From Antedon mediterranea (lineage: Eukaryota > Animalia > Echinodermata): DNA of 64,000 nt. The position numbers and the translations under genes are program-made. Below the pieces are notes generated by a model. It did not search any database, was not told the DNA's origin, and was given only the letters and a program-made list of their open reading frames with translations. The stretch is from the NCBI RefSeq assembly GCF_964355755.1, contig NC_092676.1, positions 11,695,888 to 11,759,887 on the forward strand, written 5' to 3'. Position 1 is the first letter of the stretch, and the number at the start of each line of letters is the position of its first letter. Positions 1 to 14,800 of the stretch are shown here, one piece after another.

Positions 1-1030
1 TTTCCCCGACGCCACAAATATTACAGTATATGAGATAAATGACGTTTTTGGTTAGACAATTAATTGATTGTCTTATCCGAAAAATGCGGCCAGTTTGGTT
101 ACTCTTAAATTTTTTAGTAGAATCAACCAATGAACAAGTTTTTTCAAGATTTGCCGCAAAGGTGACTGCCCAAATTTTGGCTGTCATGAGAGTTAATTTC
201 ACTCTTAAATTTTGATCTGACTAATATATCACGAAGGTCTACGAAATGTAAAACAGTCCTGAGACGTTCTGTGGACTGTAGAATGGGCATATGTTTCTCA
301 ATAATAGCCCGTAATGGAGGCAACCAAGGGTGATAGGTTGTGACCAATGGCACTCTGGTCGAATTTGGCTGACGTGGTTTGTACGTCAGTGTTTGACATC
401 AAGGAATATCTTTTGCTACGCTATATATATATAGCGTATAGCGTATAGTAGCGTTAAATTTTTGGACACTATATTGACCATAGAAAATCAAAACTGACCT
501 ATTCCGTAAACCCACGGATAAAAATATGTACCTGCTCCCTTAGCAGTTGTCATCTCCGATACTGTATTAAAAACTAAGCATTACGAATCAGACGTATCTG
601 TTCTTCAGATTTAGATTTTCAGAATCGTACCGAAGAACTAACCGGACATCTCCGGAATAGAAATTACAAGAAGGAATACATCGAAACTGCTATATAGATA
701 TATAAAATTGTTTATATCTCTACCAAGCTACCTTTTTTGTTTTCTACTCTTATTCAGACTCCACCCTGCCTCCTTTTGTTGTATTTCTTTTATTCCTCCT
801 GTCCACCCAGGCAGCACTTTCCAGCTCTTATACGATGACGTTATCCAAATTCCTTCACTTGCACTGATAAAGGGCTAGTGTTGCCCGAAAGCTGTGCAAA
901 CTTTTCTGGTTGTTTTACTTATCGTTTTGATTTAGCTTTTTTTTTTGTATCTCCATTGAGATCCTGCCACTGATACCCACAGCATTGTCATTTTTTTTCA
1001 GTAATTTGCCTTTGGATTTATATATATATA
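1..1030. mobile_element. Rearranged Penelope-like retroelement remnant
   Basis: Minus 430-1: VPLVTTYHP..LRDILVRS..NVIYLIYCNICG (GIY-YIG). Plus 480-695: TDLFRKPTDKNMYL..ALRIRRICS (RT thumb). pLTR-like tail at 720-1030. Confidence 0.75.
859..899 (+). ncRNA. Degenerate minimal hammerhead-ribozyme-like motif in the Penelope terminal region
   Basis: ttgca-CTGATAA-aGGGC tagtgtt GCCC-GAAA-gc-tg-tgcaa; the core deviates from CUGAUGA and NUH. Confidence 0.45.
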
Positions 1031-1441
1031 TATAATTATAGTGCACTTTTGTTGTGAATACTATTAGCATTTTTCAAAGCACGCTCGTTGAGCTTGTGCA
1101 CTCTTTGTGTTCATAATCAGTGTACCATGTCCCGCATACCTGGCTCAGCCTATATATTGTGCTAGTTCTGCGGTACATTTCATTTCGAAACCTGAGCTGC
1201 ACTGATCTAATAAGATCGAAACAGTACTGTCTGCAGATTGGACATATATATATATATATATATGTATATATGTTGTATGAGAGAATGTATCTGGTGGTTG
1301 AACATGATGGTAGTGTGGCTCAAAAGCTCTGCTAACTTTTCTGGCTGTTTTGATTTAGCTTTTCGCTTTTTTTGTATCTCCATTGAGATCTAGCCACTGA
1401 TACCCACAGCATTGTCACTTTTTTCTGTATTTTGCCTTTGA

Positions 1442-1475
<34 letters not shown>

Positions 1476-2078
1476 ATTATAACTGTTATTACATTTTTAA
1501 CCTTGTAAATAAATTCTTAATCTTGTAAAATAAATCATTTATGTATACGACTAAATAATATATCAAATTATAGCTTCTTTATTAATTATGGGCCTCATCT
1601 ATAAATTGTAGGTCTTCAACACTATTCGGGGAACCCTAAAAGCCATTTTCTTATACTATGTTGTCGTTAGGTCAATCTTCCTAGAATAAAAAGTTAATAT
1701 TCCGCTTTCAAAGTACAATATTAACATGTGATATATCGTGACTGTTGCTAATTGTAATTCTCACATAATTCTAAGTAGCGCTTGTTAATAATATTTTCAG
1801 TGATTAGACATATATACCGAAGCCCAGCCCAAAATTACTCCTATTATATTAAACAGTAAACAGTAAATACGTCCCCTACACTTAATTGATATACCTTAAC
1901 TCGTGGAATTATTTGCTTAGATTTGATTTCTTAGTATTTACAAATTTCTGTTAGTATTCATTTTGCTTGTACAACAAAGTACATTCAATAGGTCTATTTT
2001 CATGGAGAACAAGAATACTCTTGAAATGAATAACATTGCTTTGAGTTACCTCTCTAGTGGTTAATAATATTAAGGGTT

Positions 2079-2873
2079 TTATGCATTTCTGTCATTATCT
2101 CTTTGGAGGTGACGGTGGTGGTAGTATTCGTCATCACCTTGCCTATAATTAACGTCGTTGTCATATGCATAACTCCGATTTGTTTTCTCATATCGTCTTT
2201 CCACATCCATGTCTACATAACTCACAACAACTGTTCCCGACGCCTTCCTTACAGTTGGAACTTCTGGCGTTCTGCTCTCGGTTAATAAATGCTTTTCAAC
2301 AAATCGAGTTGTCTGTGGTCCTTCGAAAATCTTGCGATTGTCATCGTGAGAAATTGCTTCTTTCGGTCTGTATCTATCCGTCTTTGTTCTTGCTGACTCA
2401 ATTACTTCTCTAACAGCAATATCAGATCTTTTGACATCATAATCAGAAATGACTTCACCATATTTTATTACACCTTCCTCTTTAATATTTTGTTGTGACG
2501 TTAATGCTTCAACACCAGAAAGAGCATTTCCCGAATATTTCTTCATCCCACCGACAACATCAGCTGATGACAGTTTCCTTGAGTCATCATTATATTGTTG
2601 CAGAACATCACTTTCCTTTTCTACAAAGCCAGTAATGGACTCTGGACTGAGTCCAACAAGAGAAGAACGTCCAAGAGCTTGGACCGTTTTCGGTCCAGTT
2701 AATGCTGTTTCGATAACATTTCCGGTGGTGTCAGACCTTTGCGAATCGCCGAAAGAATGTAAATTTACACCATCGTTACGCTGAAATCCCGTAATTTTTC
2801 CATATGGCTTTGATTTTAGTGATCCCGACATTTTTCCTTTACCTATCTGTACCGATTGAATGGATTTACCAAC
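2079..2873 (-). CDS. Terminal exon: ~264-aa cytoplasmic tail
   Basis: Acceptor tttttag at 2874; in frame with ORF 2079..2831. Confidence 0.8.
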   Translation of the reverse strand, partial: VGKSIQSVQIGKGKMSGSLKSKPYGKITGFQRNDGVNLHSFGDSQRSDTTGNVIETALTGPKTVQALGRSSLVGLSPESITGFVEKESDVLQQYNDDSRKLSSADVVGGMKKYSGNALSGVEALTSQQNIKEEGVIKYGEVISDYDVKRSDIAVREVIESARTKTDRYRPKEAISHDDNRKIFEGPQTTRFVEKHLLTESRTPEVPTVRKASGTVVVSYVDMDVERRYEKTNRSYAYDNDVNYRQGDDEYYHHRHLQRDNDRNA

Positions 2874-5800
2874 CTAAAAAGAAACGAGTTTTATCTGTAG
2901 TAATTTTAGGCCTACTATTATAACGCATTTAGTTTTCATCATACATTTTACAAGAATTGAAAAACAATACCATAAATAAAATGATTAATTATTAATATTT
3001 ACAATATTTTTTTAATTTATTTATTTATTCAGGTTTATATAGTTAAACACATTCAGCCCGAAGGCTGAAATTGTTAATTTACAAATATATATATATTGAA
3101 ACACAAATATTAAAAAATACAAAATTTATACAAAACATTAAAAAATTTGAAAAAGTCAGTTAAATAATAAAATTGTGTTAAAAAATTCCAAAATTTATAT
3201 ACAAATGCATAGGTCTATATATGTAAATATTTATAACATAGCCATCTTCAGCGTGTGATCATTTTAAGTATTTTTAAAATTAAGGATTCTACTCTATAGT
3301 TAGAGCAGGCGAGGTCTTAAGACGGTTAGTTCTACAAACAGGTATATTAATTAGGGATTTATCTACCGTGGTTGATCTAAGCTCTCTAGTAATAATGCGG
3401 TAGTCGGGAAAAATAGTTCTGTACAACTCCGATTTCAAGAGCCTTTCTCCAAATTAATTTAATTAACGTCTCTCGTCTGTATGCGAGAGTGGTCATATTT
3501 GTAAGCTCAAGAGCTGAATCATACGTAATGAAAGCGGGACCCAGAAAACCACGTAAAACTCTCTTGTGCACTCTTTCAATGGTCGATATTTGGGCCTTAT
3601 TGATGCTTCCATGCCACACATGGCAGGCGTATTATAACATTGGGCGAATAAAACAAATAATAATTGTTCTAGCTTTTTAACAATGACCGTATGCTCAATT
3701 CAGTCGAAGGCCTTTTTAAAATCAACGGCACAAATATCCACAAAAGAACCACCTTTTTCAATGTCACTAATTCCAGACTGAATCATGTCCACAAGATAAT
3801 GGTTAGTAGAGGAGCCTTTACGGCAACCAAATTGTTTAATATCTAAATGTTCATGAATGTCACTAGTCACCCAATCAGTAAGGAAAGACTCAAACAACTT
3901 GGCGAAGATGGGGGTAAGTAAAATTGGCCTGAGGTCTTGGAATGATGTCACATTAGAAACTTTTGGAACAGGAATGGCTGTTGCTAACTTCCATAACTCG
4001 GGAAAGACACCTTCGTTAAGACATCAATTAAAAATATGGGCAAGTGGAGTAGCAATTTCAAAGGTAAATTCTTTTATAAGTTTAATTGGCAAGTCATCAG
4101 GGTGACTAGACTTTTTTGACTTTGTTAATCAATCGTCTGACTTGTCCAGGAAAAATTTGCAGGAAGAGCATTTACATCAATATATAATATTGTAACATGC
4201 ATACTTTCTACAAAAAACACATAATAAAAAATAAAAAGGCATAGGCCTACTTACTATTATATCTAACACAGTAATTCCTTTGAGAATAAGTCCACCAAGC
4301 ATACCATTAAGAACACCGAAGAAGTATTGAACGTTTTCATTCTTGATGGCTATACATCCGATTATCCAATTAAAACCGACAAGTGACACCAGAGCAATGT
4401 ACATCAGTATTTTCAGCCTAAAAAAAGTAACATCTTTATTTATTGTCATTCAGCACAGAGTATTCATTGCCTCACGTGTTTCGTTACATGCGTACAAGTT
4501 TCAGTCACCTGCTGGGACTGACTCACAAACGCATAGGACTAACGCTTTCAATGTCCGTGTGGTTTGTTTTCACGCCGCGCCTTTGGTCAGTTATATTTAA
4601 GAGGACGGAATCATTTAGAAACTGTATCACAGGCGAAAGCTATATTACTACGGTTGGCAATTTTGAGAATTTGTAAACTTGAATAATTTATAGGTCCATG
4701 CTGCTCGGCCCAAAGCACGTCTGGGAAAAGAGAGTCTTTAGGGGCTCACGATTGAACGATTTTGGATTCTCGCCTTTTGATTGGTTGACGCGAATCAAAA
4801 CAGTGTGGAAGAATTTTCTCACGTGTGCCATGGAGTCTCTGAGGACTCTCACAATACACGAGAAAATAATGTATTTTAATTATTTAAATAAAGGTGGTGT
4901 TGGTCTTGTCATGTCCAAATCAATCTACAAGTGTATCAAGAAGATTGAAAGCATCTCAGAAAGAATTCTTTACGTCACCTTCAATGGAAATCCCTAGTTT
5001 TGTATCACTGTTGTGTATGCTTCTACAGAATGTGGCCCTTCATCTACAAAGAAAGACTTCTATGCTTCACTTGCAGAACATCTGGGGCCAGTGAAAAGAC
5101 ATAACACCAACCTTGTTATTGGCGACTTCAACGCCAGAATTGGTGCTGACAGCCATCTTGCACATCCTGAGGTTGTTGGGAGATGCTATTATCATGATGA
5201 GACTAACGATAACGGCGAGAGATTGGTAAACCTGTGTGTAGAACACAAACTTCGTCCTGCACAGTCAAGATTTTCCCATCCACGTGGGAGGCAATGGACT
5301 TGGACGCACCCAGCAGGATCAAAACATCAGCTCGATCACATCCTTATAAACTACAAGTGGGTAAATTCCCTGCGAAATTGTCGAGCCTATAACTCCGTCG
5401 AACTATACTCCGATCATCGTATCGTAAGCATCCACCTTCATACAAGTCTAAGATCAACCAAGAAAAAGGCATGCAAGAGACCTACGTTTGACTGGAGGAA
5501 GCTAGAAGATCCAGATAAGAAGGAGCAGTTCCAACTTGAATTATCAAACCGTTTCCAAACACTGTCTTTAGATGACCAATCCATAGATATATCAGAAAGG
5601 TACGAGTCTTTTGCAACTTCAGTAGGTGATGCAGCTGAGAACGTGCTTGGCAGGCAGGAAAAACATGGACTGCTCAGTTGGGTATCTGAAGAGACATCCG
5701 ACCTCAAGCTTAAAAGAGACGAGGCTAAGAAGAGGTTCTTACTATCAAAATCTCCCCAAGCCAGAGAAAGGTGGAGGAAGCTCAATACTCGACTAAGCGA

Positions 5801-8800
5801 CTCATACAAAGATGATGAGGCTGCAAGACTTCATCAGCAAATGGAAGATCTTCAAATTACATATGAGAGAGGGCATTACTCAACCACCTGGAACATAATA
5901 CACACGTTGTCCGGGAAAAACACAAAGAATGGCGAGCCACCAGAGAACGCAGAACACCTTATTGAAGAGTGGAACAATTACTTTAGCTCCATTCTGAATA
6001 ATGACAGTGGCTTGGCCCCATCAGATCTACCTGCTCCTGCCAGTGACGATCTTCAAATATGCACTGACCCTCCCACACGTGAAGAAACTGCAGAGGCTAT
6101 CACAGTTATGAAAACCAACAAAGCAGCTGGCCTCGATTGTGCTATTACGGCAGAAGCCCTCCAAGGAGGTGGTGATCAGATGATTGATACCATCCATGTC
6201 TTTTGCTCGGAGGTGTACTAAAAAATGTCGCCTCCTAAACAGTGGGTGACAAATTTCATCATCCCACTGCCAAGGAAAGGTGATCTGTCACTTATGACAA
6301 ACTACAGGGGCATCTCTCTCATGTCAATAGCTGCGAAGGTTTAAAACAGAATCCTTCTAAACCGCATTCGGCCTCACATTGATCCGCTGCTCCGGAAGAA
6401 CCAGGCAGGCTTTCGCCCAGGCCGCAGCTGTGCTCAGCAAATACACATCTTGAGAAGAATTATGGAAGGCTTCAGAGACTACCAACTTCCGTTAATAGTC
6501 ACCTTTGTTGATTTCAAGAAGGCCTTCGACTCGATCAATAGGTCAATAAACATCAGTGTGCCAAATGTGAGCACGTACTGTTCAGCGTCTTCGGAGGAAA
6601 AACATTTAGTAGCATTGATATATAGATAATACAATCATTTTTAACCAAGAACAATTCACAACTGATACGTGACCGATTAAAACGTTTCAAAGTCAGTTCT
6701 CTTATGAGTGTAGGCTTATATATGGAATAAAATATGTTAATAAAGTGATTCTTACTGAGGAGGTTTTTGTTGAATATGATCTAAATCACTGCTACTTCTA
6801 GATGACGGAACACTTGATTCATCTTCGGAAGATTTGTCTGCATCCTTTCTAGTTTTCGATAACAATACAAGTAGACCAATCACAGCAGCCTAAATAACCA
6901 TATGAGCATTTTAATATCTCACAACTAAACTCAACAACAGCAATCACCAACGTCGATATTGTCATTAAATTAATAGAATACAGTGTGTCAATATTCAAGA
7001 AAATTAAAGAAATTATTTATGGATTTTGCATTAACCTTAAGCTTCGATCGCATTGGACTTAATTTGGTCAAATTAACCGAGTCATCAGCTAAATTGACTA
7101 AGAAAAGTCCAATCCAAACACTGGCGACAATTCCCTTAGGGTCAAATTAACCAACTCAAATGGTTATTTACCTGTCCAGTAGAATTTACCATGGTCTCAG
7201 TAAAACTAATCAGGTTGGGTAAAAAGTGCAATACGAACATGGTACTCGGGTAAACACATTACCTTGCAGACAATCGTAGTAAAACTAACTGCGTGAAATT
7301 ATTATTATTAAGTACGAACAATTGTTAAATTTGAAGTTACTTTGGTAAAGTTTACTATTTTTCAAGCCCAAACAAAGCTTTAGAAAAGTTCTATTTCTTA
7401 TACATTGCGTTTATATTAGACCTATTTACATTTATTTATTTTAATGTTGATTTGTTAGTTAGTTAGAAAGCTTTCTTATTATTATTATATATTTTTAGGA
7501 AGGGACGGCATTTTTTAAATTGTATTACTGTGCTACTAAAAAGTTAGAAATAAGTTTCGAATCAATTATACCTACCAATGCTAACACCGCCAACGGAACA
7601 ACAAGTCCCCAAATGGCCCCATTGTCTGGATTTGGCCAATTTCTAGAATTAAAGTTTCAATAACAATAACGTTATTTTAATAAAATTTAATCGGAATTAA
7701 ACATACTAAAACATCTTTGGTTGAATAGAAAAGCCTTATTTGAATCTCGACTTCATGAAACTTTTTAAATTCATCATTATCGTTTCGTATCTATTATAAC
7801 AAATCCCATTAATAGTTTTTAAAAAGAGCTTTGGAAATGGTTGGTAGTCGACTGTACTTAAAATATTCATCCTAAATTTGCAATTAACGTAACTATATGA
7901 TTAGATAGAATATAAGGGTTAACATTGAAAACAAACCTGTATTTATCAGATGTATACACACTCCAAAGAACAGCACTTGTTATAGCCACAATAGCCGCTG
8001 GTGTTGTCCATCCGACAGCCTGATATACAAACTTACGTTTTCCACGTGTCATAGATGGACGGAACACATCTAAACATAAGTCTAATACTAGTATAAACAT
8101 CCATAAGAACACTGTCAGGATACTGTAATGTAGAGTCATCGCTAACCCATTTTGTTTATTCTACGAAAAAAAAAACAACAAATCGGACTACAGTAATTAT
8201 AAATTGCAAAGTGCAAATGGTTGGTTAAATTGGTTAAAAAGTATTAAAATATTTTAAGAGCACTATAATATAAAACACTTTACTCTAAATATAAACAACA
8301 TCATAATAGTATACAGATAAAAAAGATAAAGTGACAATATACACCATTTAAAAGTATGATGTAATACGGCACATATGAATTAACATATCTCTCTCGTCCG
8401 GCTATTGCACGATCTCAGTCTTTTTTATCTTTATCATAGTTTTATTTAAAGGATGATTTAAATCGTCACATACTTTCGTAGTCTTAGTAACTATCATTTT
8501 GTTTTATAGGTCAACCAAAATAGTGTTTAATCCTGCGATCCGGCACGCTTTATTTAATATATCTATCTACCCCATAATTGTTCTGAGAAAGAACAGAACA
8601 TTTCCTTTTCCAGATACAACAATAAATACAACAATCACACCTAGATATTTGTAGCTTTCAACTGATTCGATTTCATGATTATTATTTTTTAGGGGTGGGT
8701 TTGGTGGGGTCTATAGTTTACTATGTCGGTCGATTGGTCGGTCTGTCTGTCTGTCTGTCGGTCTGTCTGTCGGTCCGGTATCACTATGCATTGTAGCACG

Positions 8801-11800
8801 CGACTTAATGGCTGTTGGCCTTGTTTTAATTTAGCAGGAGGTAGTTAACCTTACAACAATTGGAAAAGCATCAATTTCATCATGATATTCTGTTTTACTA
8901 ACTCTACTCTTTAACAGGCCAACTATGGCGGTGTCATCAACGTATTTTAAGTAATGTGTCTATATATAAATTATATTCAATTCTGACACAATGGAAAAAC
9001 TTTGGGAAAAATCTCAGCCTTTGATACCTACCTTATCTATCTCAGATGTATCGCGAAACGTAGATTGGATAACATTAGTTTTCAGTATTATGACAAATTT
9101 TAGCCTTTCTTTTTTTCAGGGTTATTTTCACACATTCGCGCTGATCAACTTGCTTCCGGCCGGGTCCCGTTACTTCCCGCAAAATGGCCCAAATCCTTCG
9201 GGTGATCCAATGTTAGTATTGACGTATACCAAAAATACCTTCTGTGTTCGATTACATAAGATACGTTTGATCCATTCAATTATAAACGGATTCACCTCTA
9301 CCTTATTCAACTTATTTATTAAATGGCGGGATTGAGGGTATCCAATGATGAGGAGAAGTCATTAAAGGTTACTTTCGCATAACATTTTAAATTATTTGTA
9401 TTCTGTTTAAAAGTTGGGTGATAGTTAGAATTGCATCATCAACCGATCTGGTTGGTAGACGAACTGATATGGATCAATTAAACAGAGCCCGTTTCTCAAG
9501 AATAAGTCTATGAACCACAGGAGATATCCAGGGTTTGACTTTTTTACGGGAGCGACGAACTGGAATACTATCATTGACACAAGCGAGAAGGAAATCCGAA
9601 AACTGATCCCATGCCACATTGATGTCAGTGAAGTCCCATGGAGTCAACAAAATTAGGCTCTGATAATGTTCAACGTTTGCTTTGTGGTACAGATAACTTT
9701 CACGGAACACGTTGGGTAGTTTTCCAGGAGATCCGCGAATTCTAAACGTTACCATATGATGGTCAGAATTGGCAAGACCTGCATCAATTTTTACTTCACA
9801 CAAACGATCCGGGTGGGAAGTAAATATAAGATCAATTATTGTATTAGAACTAAAATCATTCGATGATATAGTTACGCCAAGAACTAGTTGAACATACTAC
9901 TGTACATAAATGTATAATTACTGAATGTATACTGCATTGTACTATATTATTGTAAAATGAGCAACTTCTTGGAATTCTTTATTATCCAAGTAGTGATTGA
10001 ATAGAAACATTTCTCCAGTACATTTAATAGCATGATTTATATGTATTTCTTACAGTTTATCATCTGAGCCGCTACAGAGTGCAACAATAAAGGTCAATTT
10101 GATGTACCGAATAAGAGCAATATGTACAAATGTATTTTTAGTCGCGTGGAAGCGACTCTATAGTTCACTATGTCGGTCGGTCGGTCTGTCTGTCTGTCTG
10201 TCTGTCGGTCTGTCTGTCGGTCTGTCTGTCGGTCTGTCTGTCGGTCTGTCTGTCTGTCTGTCGGTCCGGTATCACTATGCGTTTTATCGCTTTATGACCT
10301 TATCTTGATATCAGTTTAATCTAGCTAAGTCAATTTTTCACAGAATATTCCTTATGGCCAGGAATCGATGTGGTTATGTTTTCACGGTGCGCAATAAAAA
10401 ATTACGCGGTCTACGCACGATTTAACGAAATCACGTTTGTAATCATATCTTAACAACCATGAATCACAATTAAATAAAATTTGGTACTCATAAATTTCAG
10501 GGCATAAATCATCATATGGCAATACAATTACGTGCGTAGCGCATGTAACGCATGCGTAAGCGCGCTTAAAATTTTCAAAATTTATTTTCGATGAAATAAG
10601 AGTACGTTTCAGGCAATTTTAAGCGTTTACAAAATTGCCATGAGTGCGCAGATTTTTGCGCGCGCACTGCGCGTTAAATGTTATTGCGCACTCTTCTTGC
10701 CCGATTTCTGTTTTCTTGACTTACTTTTCAACTCGAAATTACGTTATACGAGCACGTCAAAAGTGACAGGCTACGCACGTGTAAATTAAAAAAATATAAA
10801 TGTTTTTAAACATTTCAACATTTTTAAACATGTTCAGTAATTTCGGTCAGTATAATTCACTATGTCGGTCGGTCCGTCTGTCTGTCGGTCTGTTTGTCTG
10901 TCGGTCCGGTATCACTATGCATTGTAGCACGCGACTTAATGGCTGTTGGCCTTGTTTCTAGTTTAATCCTCCTTAAGTCCACGGAGAAAGATGTGTCAGA
11001 AATGATAGATTATACAACTTACTTTGTCATGGACCTTGTCAAAACCAGTTTCAGCTAACATGGCAATGTTAGATGCTTGGATAGCAAGAAGAATGCAACG
11101 GATAATTGTAGATTCTGGCATTTTCTTCAAATTACTATAAATAAATTGAAGTCGGAATAAGTTTAATTGTCTGTTAAATGAGGTCATTGAGTTTAAATTA
11201 AAACAAAATCACACCTTAATTTCATTGTAGCAGCAATTGATGCCGAGGCAAATGCGAAAGATACTGCGGAACTGGTCAAACCAATTGCCTTCAGAGAACG
11301 TGTAAGGCCAGCCTAAAACAAAAGAGATCACACACTCTGCTCATTTTGTATACCTAACAATACCTTTATATTTTTTGTCACAAAACCATCTGTATAACGC
11401 AAGTGGCTGCCAAATCGTATCGTAAAAAAATATCAAGATTTCAAGAGGATATAAATGGAGTCGTCAGCTAGCTCCGCGCCCCCATTGTAAAAAAAAGTTG
11501 CTTTAAGCGGTGATATTTATTATTTACACAGTTCGCGGATTTGAATTTGAATGTTCTGAGCATTAATATTAATGGCCACAGCGTTTTACTCACTGAGATC
11601 TACGAAATTTATTATGTTCCATGAGCACGTGTAATTAATTAAAACTCTAACAATGCGATTAGTCGATACGGTTGGCACTACAGATGAGATTGAGTAGTTG
11701 ATACATGACGTAACAACTCGCGAATCGTGGCCGCTCAGACGTCAAAATGCTGTTTTTGCCTTTATATTTTTTGTCACAAAACCATCTGTATAACGCAAGT

Positions 11801-14800
11801 GGCTGCCAAATCGTATCGTAAAAAAATATCAAGATTTCAAGAGGATATAAATAGAGTCGTCAGCTAGCTCCGCGCCCCCATTGTCAAAAAAAGTTGCTTT
11901 AAGCGGTGATATTTATTATTTACACAGTTCGCGGATTTGAATTTGAATGTTCTGAGCATTAATATTAATGGCCACAGCGTTTTACTCACTGAGATCTACG
12001 AAATTTATTATGTTCCATGAGCACGTGTAATTAATTAAAACTCTAACAATGCGATTAGTCGATACGGTTGGCACTACAGATGAGATTGAGTAGTTGATAC
12101 ATGACGTAACAACTCGCGAATCGTGGCCGCTCAGACGTCAAAATTCTGTTTTTTGCCCTTTTTTAATGTTCATCCTTAAAATTCAGGAAAGTGATATAGT
12201 CTATCGTGTGCGGCCCATCAAATAACAGTAATGTGCCAAATGTGAGCACGTACCATTCAGCGGTTTCGGAGGAGATATGTAAAATAACGCGACCAATTTA
12301 GTAACATTAATAATAGATATTTCCATAATAGTCAGGGTCCTCGTGTAATTTCGTAGGATTTTTGTGTCCAAAGTAAATTTTCACTTTATTTTACTTTATT
12401 AGTAACAAGAACAAACCGAAATGTTACATTATTCAGCCACATTTCAAAATGATCAAGATAATATTGGTATCAAAATACTCTGCTATTTTTCTGGACTATT
12501 GACCCTTGACTCGCACTGTGTCTAATAAACGAGTAGTCATAGAAATTTAAATATGGTCTCAAATTGCTCAGACCATACATATTTATATTTATTGTAATGA
12601 AGTAGTTTGTAATCAAGTAAAGTTATTGACCTTTGATCTATTAAACATGAACTTGATGTATAAGCATTTATTTTTAGAGCATATATCGGCAATTAATTTT
12701 GGTAGGGATTAAAAATTGGGTTTATAAATATTATTATCACTTCAGTTTCTTGAATATTGAATTTTCTAATTCACATGTTTGGTTTATATATATTTAAAAA
12801 TATTGTATAATTTCTTATTCTTTATTGCCAATCAACAACAACAATAACACAAATAACTAGAAAGTATGTAGCTGAAAAGTGAACTAAATCCCTATGACAA
12901 GAGCCTGTGAATCCTCTTACCAAGTAGCATTTCAATAAATATATCAGAAAATATCCACACAAGAAATACCAAAAAACCGTTCATAAAAATACAAAAACAA
13001 GCAGAAAAGTAAAAACACTTTCCTCAGAGAAGAAATCCATTTTAAGTTTAAACAAAAATGTAGGAAAATTATCCATTAAAATTGAGTCCTTGACTTCGTC
13101 TTGGATTCCTTCCCACAATCGCGGGAAAATGTGAATTACTGATCAATGCAGGCAGTTAGTCCGTGCATACAAGTGTCTGAAACTTAAGGTTTCTAGACGA
13201 CGTGTATTGACACAAATATTTTTACGGACACTTCCACAGTCTATGTACCCCATTACCGTTTTACAGACAAATGACACATTCAGGTAGGCTCTACGGCTGG
13301 ATAGCCGAGGCCAATTCAGTTGTCCTAATCTAAGATCATAATCCATATTACCCCGTCTCTGTTTCAATGCTAACCTAGTGGCTCTACGTTGAACATATTC
13401 AATCTTATCAATCAACTTAACTGTTTGAGGAAGCCATGCAGGGATTCCATACTCAAGCATGGGAATAGTAAGTGCACGGAACATGGTCATCCCAAGTCAG
13501 ATTATGATCGATAATTACACAAAGATGAGAATGATTAAGAACAGCTTGAATTGGGGAATTATTGAGATAATATATCGGACGGTACATCCTTTTAGTTCTA
13601 GTGAAATGTAGAATACATGTTTTATTTGAATTTAATTCCATTTTGTTTGAGGTACACCATGTGTTTAGGTCCTGTTGAACTAAGAGTTCATCATTATCAC
13701 TATGTATATTTCTAAAACCAATGGTATCATCGGCGAAAAGAGCACAGGACGGCAAGCATGAAAACTGATCGTTGATGAATAAATTAAAGAAAAGAGGCCC
13801 AAAAACACTACCCTGGGATACTCCGGATGTTACAGAACGTGGGCCACTGATTGGAATAAAACATTTTGAATTCCATTGGATAGAAAAGAACGGATCCTTT
13901 TTCATATTTGGCCTCTAATGTTAAATTGTGAAGCGAATTTGTTGAGGACAGTTTGATGGGGTAATTTATCAAAGGCTTTAGAGTAATACAAAAAGATAAC
14001 ATCAATTCTAGGTGGACGTAGTTTGTCTAACGACGATGCCCAATTATGGAGGAGGTTAGTTAACTGCGTAACCCATGCTGAACATCAATGATACGCCCAT
14101 TGGAGGTGATATGTTCAAATATTGCAGATTTAAAAAACTATTTTACAACATATTGGTGGAAGTGACACGGGTCTGTAATTTGATATTTGATAGTTTTGTT
14201 TCCTGATTTGAAATATATATGCGATATCTTCCAGAACAAAGATATCTTTCCAACCTTTAGGGACAATTTGATATATATGGATGTACCGTATTAGGACCAG
14301 GGGCTTTATTAATATATTTATTTATTTAAGCTGGACTTAATATCACCTAAATCAAAACCTACCAGTGAAAGTTCGGGAACCGGAACGTAGGAACAATTGG
14401 AGAGGGGTTATATACAGTAACAAAAATATTTCTTACAAAAAACACTGCTCGACATTTTAAAATTAATCATTGTTCTTTCTTCAGATACCTTTAATTATGT
14501 ATCACATGCCCATTTAAAAATTGTCAATTTTGAACTTTAATTTGCTGTGGGTGCGTGTGTGTGTGTGTGTGACCTCAGCCTGTATGCATGCAACTGTATA
14601 CCCTCTAGAGACAACGTGACTTCACGGCGGTACAAGTGAGAACCCTCTTCCCAGTCTGTTCGCGTCAACCAATCAACGGGCGAGAATCCAAAATCGTTCA
14701 ACCGTGAGCCCTCATAGACTCTCTTTTCTCAGACGTTTTTTGGGTCCAGCAGCTGGGATCTATAAATTATAGTCGAGTTTACAAAGTCGCAAAACTGTCG

